From contig CM060734.1 in NCBI GenBank assembly GCA_030704615.1, positions 13,330,001 through 13,394,000 on the forward strand: a DNA stretch of 64,000 nucleotides. Reading direction: 5' to 3'. This stretch comes from Takakia lepidozioides. Taxonomy: Eukaryota; Plantae; Bryophyta. How positions within the stretch are numbered: the stretch's first letter is position 1; each line of letters opens with the position of its first letter. Both the position numbers and the translations under genes were made by a program. Below are positions 24,790 to 36,831 of the stretch, one piece after another. The notes below the pieces were generated by a model, which made no database searches, was not told the DNA's origin, and saw nothing but the letters and a program-made list of their open reading frames with translations.

Positions 24790-25660
24790 GAGATTGAGAA
24801 TCTTCAATCTCCAAAGGTCTTCTTTGTACATCACATAGCCCTCCACGGGCATTGGACCTTGTTTCATTGTCAACCTCCCAACACCTTCTATCCCTCTTCT
24901 TAGGTGGATTTCTTAGAAACTGTTGATATGCAACAATTCCATCCATTGGGAGGCTGCTTGAATCACGAACATATAAAACCTCGCTGCTATCAGGGATGTA
25001 AACAACAAAGGTTGTGGCTGGCAATTGGCCCCATGGAGTCCCACGTTTTTGGCTCAATGGCTTTAGAAAGAATTTGTCTGTTGCTCTCCTGGTCCGTTTG
25101 TAGAAACACCATGTCACTCGTGGTGTAAGGGTTTGACGATGAGGCTCAAGTTGTGCAAAGCGGGCAGCAATCTGAAACTCCACAGTACCAGGATAGAATG
25201 GCTCGGGAAAGATTTGACCACCCCATTGCAGGTTTGCTTTCAGAGAGACCAAAACAATAGGGTTGTCTGGAACCCAGTTCGAAAGCAATGGCGTTATAAC
25301 CTCACGATATATTGACCACTCTATTGACCTTGGAAGCACATAAATGCGCCTTTGGATATCTTTGGGAGGCATCTGTTGTGTTCTTCGACGCGTTCTCGAC
25401 TCGCAGATGTTTCTAGGAACATGCACATTCTCATTGATGGTGCCAATTTGTGTAGGTCCACAAAGACTTGGTACATTCTCAATAGCTTGGACGTCCTCAC
25501 CTTGGCCTTGTGGTGGTGCTGGTACATTTGATCTTGAAGAAGATCCAAATCTGGGTGGATATGCAAAACGCTCACCTTGCTGTCGGATATGTCCTGCAAA
25601 TGCACTTACTCGACGCGGGCACGTTCAGTATTGAAGAAGCCCCAATGTTTTGTGATGCAC
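24790..25660 (-). pseudogene. Degenerate LINE ORF2 fragment (APE endonuclease end)
   Basis: RRIYV...PDNPIVLVSL resembles the RIDRIY...SDHxPI motifs; heavily decayed. Confidence 0.35.
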
Positions 25661-26148
25661 AGCTAGGGTCAAGGTGATTGGTCCGGATTTGATCACCGGC
25701 CAGTCCTAGAGCATGCTGTCGATGGTGAGGCTGGGGTGATGACCAGTCAGACCATCATTGTTTCTCCTGTGGTGAGGTTGGAGGTGATGACCAGCCAACC
25801 ATAGGAGTGCTTGCGGTGGATGCAGGTGCAGGTGTATGCTATGTTAGGAACCTAGTATTCCAAACCATAAGCCGCAACAGGTTCTCTACCCGGTTACCTT
25901 GTGGAGAGGGGGTTATGGACATGTTCATAACCGGTTGAGTGACAGTTTGTCAACACGGAGGTGCCACTAGTTGCTGGGGACAGTGCCGGTTCGAGCACTA
26001 GCGATACTAGTGGGTACACGAGACGAGGTGTGCGGTTTAGGCCACCTTCACCTCCTGTGTCTTCTACGGAAGGTTATTATTCGGATTGTGAATCAGGAGG
26101 ACTCACACCGGCGGTGTAAGTTGTTTCCTTGCCATTGTTGTGGGACAC

Positions 26149-28520
26149 AATGGAGGAGATGTATGGAGCTACCAAGGGGCCATGAAGGTACTCTGGGGCG
26201 GTGGGCACCATCGAGTTGGATGATTTTATCCAAGAGTTTGATAGTTGGTGTGATTTGCAGCAAATGCGCAATCCCCAACTGTTTACGCCTTTCATGGCAT
26301 GGAAGGGGCTGTTTCAGCACCTTGAGGGGCCGCCTATGGATGATTACCATGAGTTCAGGCGGGGGCATGAGGTTGAGATCGAGGAGTGGAGGATGTACTG
26401 GTCACCCAACTATGTCTCCATCACTAGGGGCACTAGAGCCACGAGGGCAGTGGCTACACCTGCTGCTGCACCGGCAGCTTCAGCAAGCAGCAGTGGGACT
26501 AGTAAGACTGGTGGTACTGTAGCTACGACATCCACCCAAGCCACTACCGCACCAGCACCAGTACCCGTGCCTGCCTTCAACCCTGTTGTGGAGTTCTTCG
26601 AAGAGTTGAGAGGGAATTACTAAGGGGTGAGGATAGAGAAGTTGCGGAGCTTGCAAGAGTTCCAACGAAAGCCTACTGAGAGCTTGAGGGAGGCTTTCAC
26701 TCGCATGAGGCGCTTAATAAATGTAACCCAAGGGGTTACGGAAGCTCAGGTAGTCCAATTCTGGTATGGGATATTGGACAAGGAGCTGAGGAGAAGGGTG
26801 CGGGATGCAACTCTCCTACAAGCGGCCCAACCCACCTTAGCAAATATATTTTTGCTGGCAGAGCGGATAGAGCTCAACATGGTGGAGGAATGAGTGGTCA
26901 TGGTGGGATTTGCTAAGGAGACACCACGGAATAGTGGTGCTCCTAGCCAACCACTACCTCAACGTGCTCAAGGCAACAAGGGGGCTCAAGTGAAGCTCGG
27001 GGAAGGACAGAGAGGACCTCAGATGCAGGGGTCTCTCCCTTCATTTGCAGGCCAACAACGGGCGGAGGTGGTGTGTTGGACATGTGGAGGACCCCATGTC
27101 AAGAAGGATTGCCCAGAGGGAGGCAAAGGGCCGGCACATGCACAGCCTGCACAGTTGCAGTGTGGGCATTGTGGCAAGCACGGGCATGGAGAGGCCCAGT
27201 GTTATGGTTTGCATCATGAGTTGCGCCCAGGCTAGTTCCAAAGGAACAATGGTGGCCGGGGGCGAGGTGGAGTAGCCCAGAGAGGACGAGGTGACCAGGC
27301 ACGAGGTGCAGGCCAAGGGCAAGCTCAACATGGCTAGGGACACGGAGGTCAGGGTGTTGACCAAGGCATGGCCAACCGGCTTCAGCAGCTAGAGCAGAGG
27401 CTTGCTGCCATGGCTACAGCTCAAGTGGTACCGGCTCCAAGGCTGGATGGTCCACCTCTTGCTCCTGAGGGAGGAGATATGGGAGGCATGAGATTCATGT
27501 GTGGGGCAGCACTACCACTAGTGCAAGTGGAGTCGGCGGCGGCAGTGACCTGAGGAGCAGCACGAGTTCCTGAGCCACAAGGTTCAGAGGTGGAGTTGGA
27601 TCCACAGCGTGGGGAGGCAAGCCGTTAGACTAGGCTTCCTTAGTCATTCACATTGGCGGAGACAATGTCAATGCCATCCATGGCACCTAGTTCTTGCCCG
27701 ACTGTTACCGAGGCGGAGGTTACTATGCCATTGGGGAGAGCTACACGGGCAGCACCACTACCTAGTGTTGCCAAGGCTACGGCAGCTAGTGTGCTGCTGG
27801 GAGCGGCCACATCTGTATGCCAGGCTCCATTGTTCTCGGCTACCATGATTGCGACACCGGGGGTAAGACCAACTGAGGTGTTCAGGCTGGCAGCTACACT
27901 CTGTGAGAGTGGGGAGGTTACTTCATCTTCTGCGGAGATAGTGGGAGGTGTAGTGCCGGAGGGATCCTCGGATTTGAGGGTCAAGACTGCCACGACGGCG
28001 CCATGACAAGCTGCAGCTGTCAGGTTGATGGAGCTGCCAGCTACACCAGCCATTGAGCACACCATGGTGACACCTGGAGTTGTCATGTTAGACAACCAGG
28101 ATGGCATTTTCTGTTTGAGTGGATCGGCAGGCAAGAGGTACCGGCCACTGCAGGTCTTGTTGGACTCGGGAGCTCAGCCATTGATGTTGGGCAGAGCTAC
28201 TATTGCAGGCTTGGGCCTCACGGAGGCGGATATGGAGCCTTGTCCTTTCCAGATACAGACGTCTCTGGGAGGATCAGAGCAGGCTCGGGGCATGACACGG
28301 CGTGAGTTGGCTATCAGACTACGGCCGGATCACCCTACAGATGGCTCAGTGATGCGAGCCAAGGCCATTGTGACAGACGCGGTCTCATACGATGTCCTGG
28401 TTGGTGGGGCAGTGTTGTACCCCATGGGCTTCACCTTGGATTTTTGGGAGGAGTCAGCTTCCTATAGGCTTGGATGGCAGTCAGGGGAGGGACGGCGTGT
28501 GCAGCTCCATGTGACGTTCA
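26149..28520 (+). pseudogene. gag (two CCHC knuckles) and aspartic protease
   Basis: FQRKPTESLREAFTR gag motif; CWTCGGPHVKKDC and CGHCGKHGHGEAQC; VLLDSGAQPLM...DVLVG; in-frame stops. Confidence 0.88.
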
Positions 28521-28859
28521 TAGGAGGAGTTGCGGTTGCCCAGCGGGGCAAGATGCCGACACTAGCAGCATTCACAGCTGCAGTAAGTTGGCCTGGAGAG
28601 TTGCTTGAGGGCAACGCTCATTCAGAGGATGTGTCACCTCTAGGAGAGCAGGATAACATGCATGGTATGGCGGAGTTGCTTGCCATGATTGCTCAGACTC
28701 CATTGTGGGGCACGAGCAAGGATTTGCAGCAGGTTGCTGATCGACGGGTGCAACAAGCCTGGGTAGAGGCTTTTGTACCATCAAGAGAGGAGGAGAGTGC
28801 GGGGATTGCACCAGGACCACCTCAGCTGTCTCCATTGGACACCACACCTATTGTGTGGC

Positions 28860-29830
28860 AGTATCCGGATGAATGCATTTGTCTTCTGGACTTGTTTGGC
28901 GGGATTAGTACCGGATTGGCTGCTGTGTTACAGGCAGGTATACGAGTTCAGCGTTATCTGTATGTAGAGAGGGATGGGACTGCACAACACGTTTCACTTC
29001 GCCATGTTGCTCAGTTGGTGCAGCAGTACCCTGAGTTGTTGCCGGTGTCTGCAGTTCGTGGATATTAGCAGGCCTTGCCAGCAGACATTTTGATGCTAGG
29101 GGCGCAGGATTTGGAGCGGGTTGGCTCCATTGATATGGTAGTGGCAGGTTGGCCCTGCCAAGGGCATTCATTAGCCGGGCATGACAATGGATTGCGAGAC
29201 TCGAGGTCGGGTCTGTTTTGGGAGATGGTGCACGTTTTGCGCCACTTGCATCTTCATCAAGCTGTATCTCCAGCATACATCTTGGAGAATGTGCCACTGA
29301 TGGGCGATTCTCGGGCCAGGGTGATGGCCAGTGTGCATCAAGTCCGGTCATGGCTTGGGTCAGCAGTGTTGCTAGATGTAGCTACAGTAGGGTCACGGGC
29401 TCATCGTCCACGGCTATGGTGGACTAACTTGATGCCACCCGCACTGCTCAAGCGTACATTTGATGGGGTGCAGCGGCCAGCACACCTCACAGTGGATAGC
29501 ATTTTAGACACAGGGAGGCAGTCTCAGCGTGTGAGACACGATGACCATTCGCCTTTGGCAGTGGTCAAAAAGGTGGGTCAATCACGAGCAGCATTACCTA
29601 CACTGCTCAGCTTCCCAGGATTGCATGCTTTCCGGGATAGTGGACCTGGCCTCCTGTGGGATGCTCAGTTGCAGCAGTTAGTGGAGCCTAATGCTGACGA
29701 GCGTGAGCGGGCAATGGGTTTTACCACTGGTACCACGGCAGTGCCGTCTCTTTCTGAGGCATCACGTCGTCAGGTGTTGGGGCAAGCAATGGATCTCAAT
29801 TGCTTAACCTGGATTATCAGCTTGGCTATG
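28860..29830 (+). pseudogene. C5 cytosine DNA methyltransferase domain (DNMT3-like) inside the polyprotein
   Basis: LLDLFGGISTG (I), YLYVERD (II), DMVVAGWPCQGHS (IV), YILENV (VI), AHRPRLWWTNL (VIII), ERERAMGF (IX), RRQVLGQAM (X); one CAG>TAG stop at 29066. Confidence 0.93.
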
Positions 29831-30283
29831 GCTGAACAACGCAGAGTGCGGAGTACACTTCCCTCGATGGTCTCTTTGCCTACCGAGACGGTACAGGCAG
29901 TGAGTGGGGGCGAGTATGAGAGGACCACGGGGTGCAGGCATCCATGGCACACGTGGGAGGTGCTCGAGGTTCAGAGGGAGTTGGCAGCCAGGGCCACGGT
30001 GATGGATGAGGTTGGGGATTTTTCTCGGGTTGAGGAAGTCCTCGAGGATGAGATGATGGGGCAGGATGAGGCCTTGTCATTGACTGAGTAGGTAGAGAGT
30101 ATTGCTCAAGAGGTCGCAACATAGCAACCACTGGACGCGTCCTCTACCTCTAAGCCTACTGGACTTAAGGTTGCAGTTACGGAGGACAATTGGGAGCCTG
30201 ACATTGGACCCATTGTCACCAGAGGAGAGAGACGACGTATACGGCGGTTCCTGAGGGCTTACAGGAATTGCTTTGCCTTCAAT

Positions 30284-30529
30284 TTGAAGGACTTGGGAGT
30301 ACTGAAGGGTCAAGAGATCCGTATTGAGTTGGCCACTGACACGCCAATCTTTCGAAGACCCTATAGATACAGTGACATGGAGAGGTCTTTGATTCAGATG
30401 AGGACTCAAGATCTCTGGGAGGCAGGTTTGGTGGAGCTCTCTGGTGGAGAGTATGCTTCAGCCATAGTGATGCCAGCCAAGAAGGATGTCTATGGCAATT
30501 GGACGGAGAGACGTATGTGCGGTGATTAG
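30284..30529 (+). pseudogene. N-terminal stub of gypsy reverse transcriptase
   Basis: PIFRRPYRYS...YASAIVMPAKKD...RRMCGD*; the YxDD core and RNase H are absent downstream. Confidence 0.85.
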
Positions 30530-30779
30530 TCAGGATGGCACGCATCTGCATTTTTGTGTATCTTGGCATCGGGAGGTCAGGTTGGACCTACAACAGGGAT
30601 GACTGTAGACGGAGTGTCTGAGGACCCTGAGGCTAGTGATGAGCCAGGTGGTGCCAGAGATAGACATGAGGATTCGGCTGTGTTGGACTACCTCCGTACT
30701 GGAGACACGACAGCCACTGTGACTGCCAAGGAGAGAGATCGGATCCTGCAACGAGCCAAGAGGTTCAAGTGAGAGGGGA

Positions 30780-32097
30780 TACACCTGCTCCGAGTATGGG
30801 AGGATGGTCGGGTGAGGATTGTGCCTCACCCCACACAGCGTGCACGGTTAGTGCGGCATGCCCATGAGGAGTTGGGCATTTTGGAGTGCGACGCACTCAC
30901 AGTTTACTGCAGGGGCAGTATTGGTGGCGTGGTATGCATACAGAGGTGCAACACTTCGTGGCTAGGTGCATGGTGTGTGATAGGGTGCGTGCTTCATTCA
31001 ATGCCCCTACACCACAGTTGCATCCTTTACCAATCATGGGATTGGGCTACAGGTGGAGTCTTGACTTCGCAGGACCGTTGTCACTGACAATGCGCCACCA
31101 CAGATATGTGTTGGTGATGGTGGAACACTTCTCCAAGTGGATTGAGTTGGTTCCATTGCTTGACAAGGCTAGTGAGGGGGCTGCGTATGCATTCTTGGAT
31201 TGTGTGCTTAGCCGATTCGGTGCTCCAGCTGAGGTACTCACGGACCAAGGGAGAGAGTTCTTGGGGGAGTTTCAGGCTTTGTGTGATAGAGCCTTGATAG
31301 ACCACCGCACCACTTCTCGGGATCATCCTGAGGCCGATGGCTTGGCAGAGAGAGTTGTTCAGACGGTGAAGAGGGGTTTGCGCAAGTATGGCTTGCAGAA
31401 AGGACATCTAGGAGATTGGGATCTTCAGGTGCATTGGTTAGCCATGGGCTACAGGTTCATGCTCGTTCTTGCCTCCTTCTCACCATGTTTCCTTCTCTTT
31501 GGCCGAGAGCCGGATTTACCTGCAGCCATTCGTAAGGACACTGCTCAAGTCCTTAACCTTGACGATCCGGACATGTGGGTACGTACATGTGGTCAGCGTG
31601 TAGAGTTGTTCAAGAGAGTCATGCCCATGGCTTTTGAGAACTTTGCCATTGCACAACACCGTGATATGTTGAGGTATGTCAATATACGTGGTGGAGGATA
31701 TCGTCCTGGGGTTCGGCGGTTTAGCCCGGGTGACTATGTTTATTTGCAGCAAACTGCTCCTACGACCCTGGATGTCACTGCAGGGCGTGTTATTCTGAGG
31801 GTTCGAGAAGTGTTGCCCTCAGGAATCCTGATCTTGGAGGGTCGGGATGGCATGACTTGGAAAGACCATGTGCGTAATTGTGCGCCATGCCACCTTCCCA
31901 ATGTCGATGGCAGAGTTGACCCAAACTTGGCAGTGGTACCTGCAGGTTTGAGGTGCATGCTCTGTGGGTCTACCAAAGGAGCAACCACCATGCTGGTGTG
32001 TGATCGATGCTCAAGAGGTTGGCATATGGGATGCTTGACACCACCTCTTGAGAGGGTTCCTGATGGAGATTGGTTATGTCCACACTGCTTGGGATAG
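30780..32097 (+). pseudogene. Integrase (H2C2 + rve DDE) with C-terminal PHD finger
   Basis: HEELGH...YWWRGM...CMVC; LDFAGPL...EHFSKW...TDQGREF...DGLAER; CMLC-x-CDRC-x-WHMGC-x-WLCPHC; one frameshift near 30880. Confidence 0.93.
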
Positions 32098-32357
32098 TGG
32101 CAGTGGACATGACTAGAGGCAGCTAACAAGACATGGGAGGCCAAGCTCATAGGAGTCAATACACGAGACCCCAGGCTCAAGTTCACAGGTTGCAAGACGA
32201 CGACTAACGATGGGGCAACTCTTGCACCCGACCTCTTGATCTATCGAGTTTGAGTGTAGTAGGGACAGTGGTGGAGGATTTAGTGAGGCTATGGTCACTA
32301 TCACATCTTGTGGCTACCTGGACTTAGAGGGACCTAAGCACCAGCTAGGGGGGCGAT

Positions 32358-33018
32358 TGTGTGGACTAGTGACTGCCATAGTGGGCAGCATAGTGGCAGC
32401 CTAGTGACTGACTAGTGGCTGGACTAGTGGTGGACTAGTGGTATACTAGTGTGTGGCGTGCACATGTGTTGTGTGGTTTTGGACAACGATGTAGTTGTGT
32501 AGCGATATGTATGCGCACGACAGCTGTCAAGTTATTTTATCACTAGTGTGAAACTAGCTAGGAAATAGCTAGCTTTTACATATTGACATTTGGGATTGGC
32601 CCAAGTGTCAATCCAGGGGTCAAGGCAGATTTAGGCCGTGGAGTGGTTATCTTCACGGCAAGCGCGGAAAGCTCATCTTTATCGAGTTGAGCCTCACCGC
32701 GCCTAGCTATGGCGCCGTAGTGTGGATTCCCCATGGCGTGGGGTGCACTTGGCTTGACTTGTGTTTGAGTGATGAGGTTATATATGCATGAGTTTATGCT
32801 TCAGCTGTGTGAGCTCCCATGAGCTTGTGCTTGTATTCTTCTTCTTTATCATTGTGTGGACTAGTGACTGCCATAGTGGGCAGCATAGTGGCAGCCTAGT
32901 GACTGACTAGTGGTAGGACTAGTGGCTGGACTAGTGGTATACTAGTGTGTGGCGTGCACATGTGTTGTGTGGTTTTGGACAACGATGTAGTTGTGTAGCG
33001 ATATGTATGCGCACGACA
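32358..33018 (+). repeat. Permuted LTR end: B1 (32358-32522), GC, A2 (32525-32851), T, B2 (32853-33018)
   Basis: B copies of 165/166 bp run TGTGTGG...GCACGACA; A is 327 bp, TGTCAAG...CTTTATCA, and equals the 5' termini of the copies at 50987-51313 and 63288-63614. Confidence 0.92.
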
Positions 33019-33131
33019 AATACATCATGCGACTTTGCTTCTTTTTTATTTTATTTTATTTTAAAACCCAGCATTTTAATTCACATTACGTCGATTTCTA
33101 TCCTCTTGAGCTAGTATTGGAATTTAATTTA

Positions 33132-33779
33132 CTAAATTCCAAGTTTATCTCGGCAAACAAGGCATTTCAAATATTTTTTCAACCATTTTGTAATGCAATG
33201 TTGATGGTAGGTATGCATGCACGCTGGCAGTTGTATAATAGACTGGTGGTCTTCGATGACCTCCAAACAAACTGCACATTCCGGCTGATCCGACCCGCAT
33301 GTAGAAGCTTGATACACACTCGACGGCAATCGTGAGCTGATTTCTTCAGACGAAGCACCCTGGTTCCCATAGCTCTCTTCGGACTCGCTATCACTAGCTC
33401 CAAGTACAGTCCCCGGCATGGTGGGACTTTCCCGTGGCACTCTAGTTCTGAGGTTCCTCCTTGATGTGGACCGCAATACCTCCTCAATCGCCGAACCATA
33501 GGCTTTATGCTCCAGTACATGGACTCTTTTGAATGTGCAACAATGATTTAGTAGATCACGTACTGTTGAGAATAGGTTACGTCCACCTCGACCCGGGCAC
33601 AATAAGCACAATTCACCTAGTCTGAAATCTTTGTATCTATCATATAAATCACAATTTTTGCAGAAATATGTCAGAAAATATCGGTCGGCGTGCTCACGAT
33701 CATCTGGATCTCTGTTACGACCCCCTAACCATTTCTTTATTTTAGCTACATGTCTCTTGTTGGCCGTATTATTTGTCAT
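33132..33779 (-). CDS. zf-XS-like Zn finger plus C-terminal RING-H2 protein, intronless
   Basis: CLLCPGRGGRNLFSTVRDLLNHC...EHKAYG; CAVCLE-x-LPACMHTYHQHCITKWL-x-CLVCR (C3H2C3); open frame. Confidence 0.7.
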   Translation of the reverse strand: MTNNTANKRHVAKIKKWLGGRNRDPDDREHADRYFLTYFCKNCDLYDRYKDFRLGELCLLCPGRGGRNLFSTVRDLLNHCCTFKRVHVLEHKAYGSAIEEVLRSTSRRNLRTRVPRESPTMPGTVLGASDSESEESYGNQGASSEEISSRLPSSVYQASTCGSDQPECAVCLEVIEDHQSIIQLPACMHTYHQHCITKWLKKYLKCLVCRDKLGI

Positions 33780-34187
33780 CTTGTATAACAAATATTATAA
33801 TCACCGGTAGGTGATATAGCTCGTTGGCTGTAGAAATTCTGTTGGGATGAGAGAATGAAAGAAGAGAAATTTGTAAGGTTCCAGTTCACCGCGTGTTCAA
33901 TATCTAACAAGCATGAGTGTTTTCCATAAATGTGTGCGAGCCCTAGCTCGTGATCAATTGAAAGCTATATGTGAATTTGATCTCAGATAGCATGAGTTTT
34001 TTTTTTTGTGATTCCTTCATGGAAAGAGAATGAGCAAGGAAAAAATTATCAACACAAGATTGATTAAGAAACTAGGAGAGAGGCACGAAGGCAGTAACCC
34101 TTCGGGGTGAAGAGACACCATAATGTACGCTTCCTTTCGGAAGCGTCAAATAGTATTATAATATTATTTCGCTAGGAAGGTGGACAT

Positions 34188-34917
34188 CAGTGTTGGACCG
34201 ATATATAGGTCTTGGGCGGGTATCAACTAGGGTAAGGGTAATGGTATGAAGGATCATACCAGGCGGGTACCTACAAGGGCAAAACCCAGCAATACCCTGG
34301 TGGGGTAGGATATATGGACTTCTAAACCCTGGCACAAAACAGACAAGTCGGGTCTTCTTCCTCGCGCTACCACTCCAATACCATGCATGCGTCGGTTGAG
34401 GGACATGATGCAGGGGTAGGGTTTAGGGTAGTTTTCATTAGGGATACAAACTACATAGAGCATTTTCAAGAGGGCACTTCAATGAGATTTGAGGCAGATT
34501 TGACGAGATGCAATGTTAGTTTCTGCTCTTCAAGAGTGGTAGAGAAGAGTTAGGGGCCATTTGGGATATTTTTCAATATTGAAATGGGCCATTTGAATAG
34601 TTGAAATCTTATTGTGATTTAAAAGGCCTCAGTCCCTTTTTTACTTTTATTTTTATTTTTATTTTTATCGCTAGAAAGAACTGCACTAGTGTAGCTGGTA
34701 CCAAACCCTGGCACATACCAGGCTGGTATGACTTTTAAAATTTTGTTTAATACCATACCAATCAGATTTTCACTTTGATACCATACCATATACCATACCA
34801 GGCTATTAAATTTACACATCATTTGATACCAGTACCATACTGATTTCAATAATTCAACTGTACCCCAATACCATTACCCTAGTGGTATCAAAAAACCATG
34901 ATACCAGTCCAACACTG
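34188..34917. mobile_element. hAT-type non-autonomous element
   Basis: TIR CAGTGTTGGAC / GTCCAACACTG; TSD GTGGACAT/GTGGACAC. Confidence 0.88.
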
Positions 34918-35974
34918 GTGGACACCTTTGTGACACCAAGGGTGGATTGAACCCACAACCACTTCCGATGTCTTTCGCTTCTTAGATCTGCTTCGCTCAA
35001 CATCACCGCAAATGTGTAATGCCTTCCATGAAGATGTGTCAATTACCATTGGGCTACAAATGGGTTGTCGACACGAACGATAGAGAGGTGGCATACCGAT
35101 CCATTTTGGAAATGAAATGAATGTATTTAGTATGACCGTTATAAAACAATTGCAGTTTATGAACCATGCTTATTGTGTATCTATCGTATCCACAATGATA
35201 CGTTTCAGAAAAATATAATTCCGTCTCTTATGGACTGTTAAAACGTAAATTTTCAAATTGTGATAGTTTCAACTCACAAATGATTTTTTCAAATTTGATT
35301 ATACCGTATTGTGGATCCATGGTGAATGAATGTGTCTAATGAAGAAAGGTTTGTTATTTCAAAAGAATTTATTCGTAAAGGACTTTGTGAAAATAGTTAT
35401 TTTTTAGGCTCAAAATAATACATAATTTTTTTTGACTTCACATTTTTTAATGATTGTTTTCATTCCAGATTCCTCATTCTTCAAAGCAAAAGAGGGAGAG
35501 TCCATTTTCTTAAAATTTTTTTGTATCCTATATTTAAAAAAAATCCATAACGTCCTTTTTTATGGATTGTGACAATTTCTTAGGGACTTTTTAAAAGTCC
35601 ATAATATCTAGAGATTCCGGTTTTTGGTAATGAGATTTAAAATTATGAAAGTATATGTAGATGAGTCTCTATATTTTAGTCTTTTTTTTATTAATTGCAT
35701 TGTCATGTAGCTGGAGTATGATAATTTACCACTATTCTATGTCCGGGAAACACAGTGTTGTGATAATAGAATGCATTGTCCTTGATTTCTATTGTCATGT
35801 AGCCCAAAATCCATCTGCAATGTGTTGTCTCTACTATATATTAGCGACCCTAAGATCCTAAAATTTGCTGAAACAATGTATGCACCATCGTCGATAAAAA
35901 CAAATTAATCAAACAAAAATAAGTAAGAGAATGGAACTGACGTTTGGATCAAGGGCCTACAAGATTATTATACC

Positions 35975-36620
35975 CTAAATGTCTTGTAATGTCATTGCAC
36001 TAATGAAGGTTTTCGCCAAATCTCCATAGGCTGGATTGTGATGAAAAGCCACACTGCGCACTTGAAAACTTTGCATTGCCATATCCAGCCTCCAAAGTCG
36101 TGTCTTATGAACATGCCAAAGAAATGGCTCATTTGCGAGCCAGAATGATAACGCGGAGTGATGCAATAAAAAAAAGGTCTTAACTGCGGAAGGTACATCA
36201 GGAGAAAACAAATTGATGTGTGGTCTCTCCTTAGGGATGAGCCAATAATCTCAAAGCTGAACTGGTGATGTTCCATCACCACACAAAACAAGTCCCTCCC
36301 AACACTACTAAGTTTACAACTGCCACAAGCAGAGAACAAACTCCCAGTGGTAAAGGGCACATACCACATGGGAAGTGGTTGTGGGTTCAAATCACTGGTT
36401 GGTGTGTCATATAGGTGTCCCCCTTTCAGCCGGAAGACAGATAGCTTTCACTTTGTGGCACCTGTGGAGGGCTCGCTGCTCCAGAACATTCTCGAGAGAC
36501 ACTCGTTCAACTTCCAGCCTTCTATTATGCATCTACAATGACCTCATCACATAATCTAAGAAAGTGTGGAATAAGTGTTGTGCAGACTGTCAAAAGCGCC
36601 TAGACAAGCGTAGTCTATCC
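35975..36620 (-). pseudogene. Degenerate LINE RT C-terminal remnant (also 39673-40224)
   Basis: RMFWSS...HKVK...KGGHL...N...W resembles the plant L1 'FLW..H.V.W...K..GGLG' segment; broken frames. Confidence 0.3.
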
Positions 36621-36831
36621 ATGCCTCTTTCAAGAAGTTCTAGTGTTAGTGGCCGGATAGTGGCCGGATAAACATGTTAGGTACATTTTGTTTCCTACTT
36701 TATCATTTACCTAAATGCAATACATCATGGGACTTTGCTTCTTTTTTATTTTATTTTATTTTTAAACCCAGCATTTTAATTCACATTACGTCGATTTCTA
36801 TCCTCTTGAGCTAGTATTGGAATTAAATTTA

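Larger units (their letters stand above)
25670..33018 (+). mobile_element. Ty3/gypsy retrotransposon with DNMT3-like and PHD domains; 5'-truncated, RT/RNaseH largely deleted, B-A-B 3' end
   Basis: gag, PR, DNMT, RT start, IN and PHD; PPT AGGGGGGCGA at 32347; the 3' end is followed by AATA. Confidence 0.92.

Noticed and set aside
23786-24903. Repeated 68-70-aa ORFs
   Set aside because: Chance ORFs in the 403-bp satellite with no domain features
32358-33018. Stand-alone TRIM (B-A-B) or DIRS/Ngaro element
   Set aside because: No TSD around B-A-B, the PPT belongs to the upstream gypsy, A forms the 5' end of other copies, and no tyrosine recombinase is visible; kept only as an alternative to test
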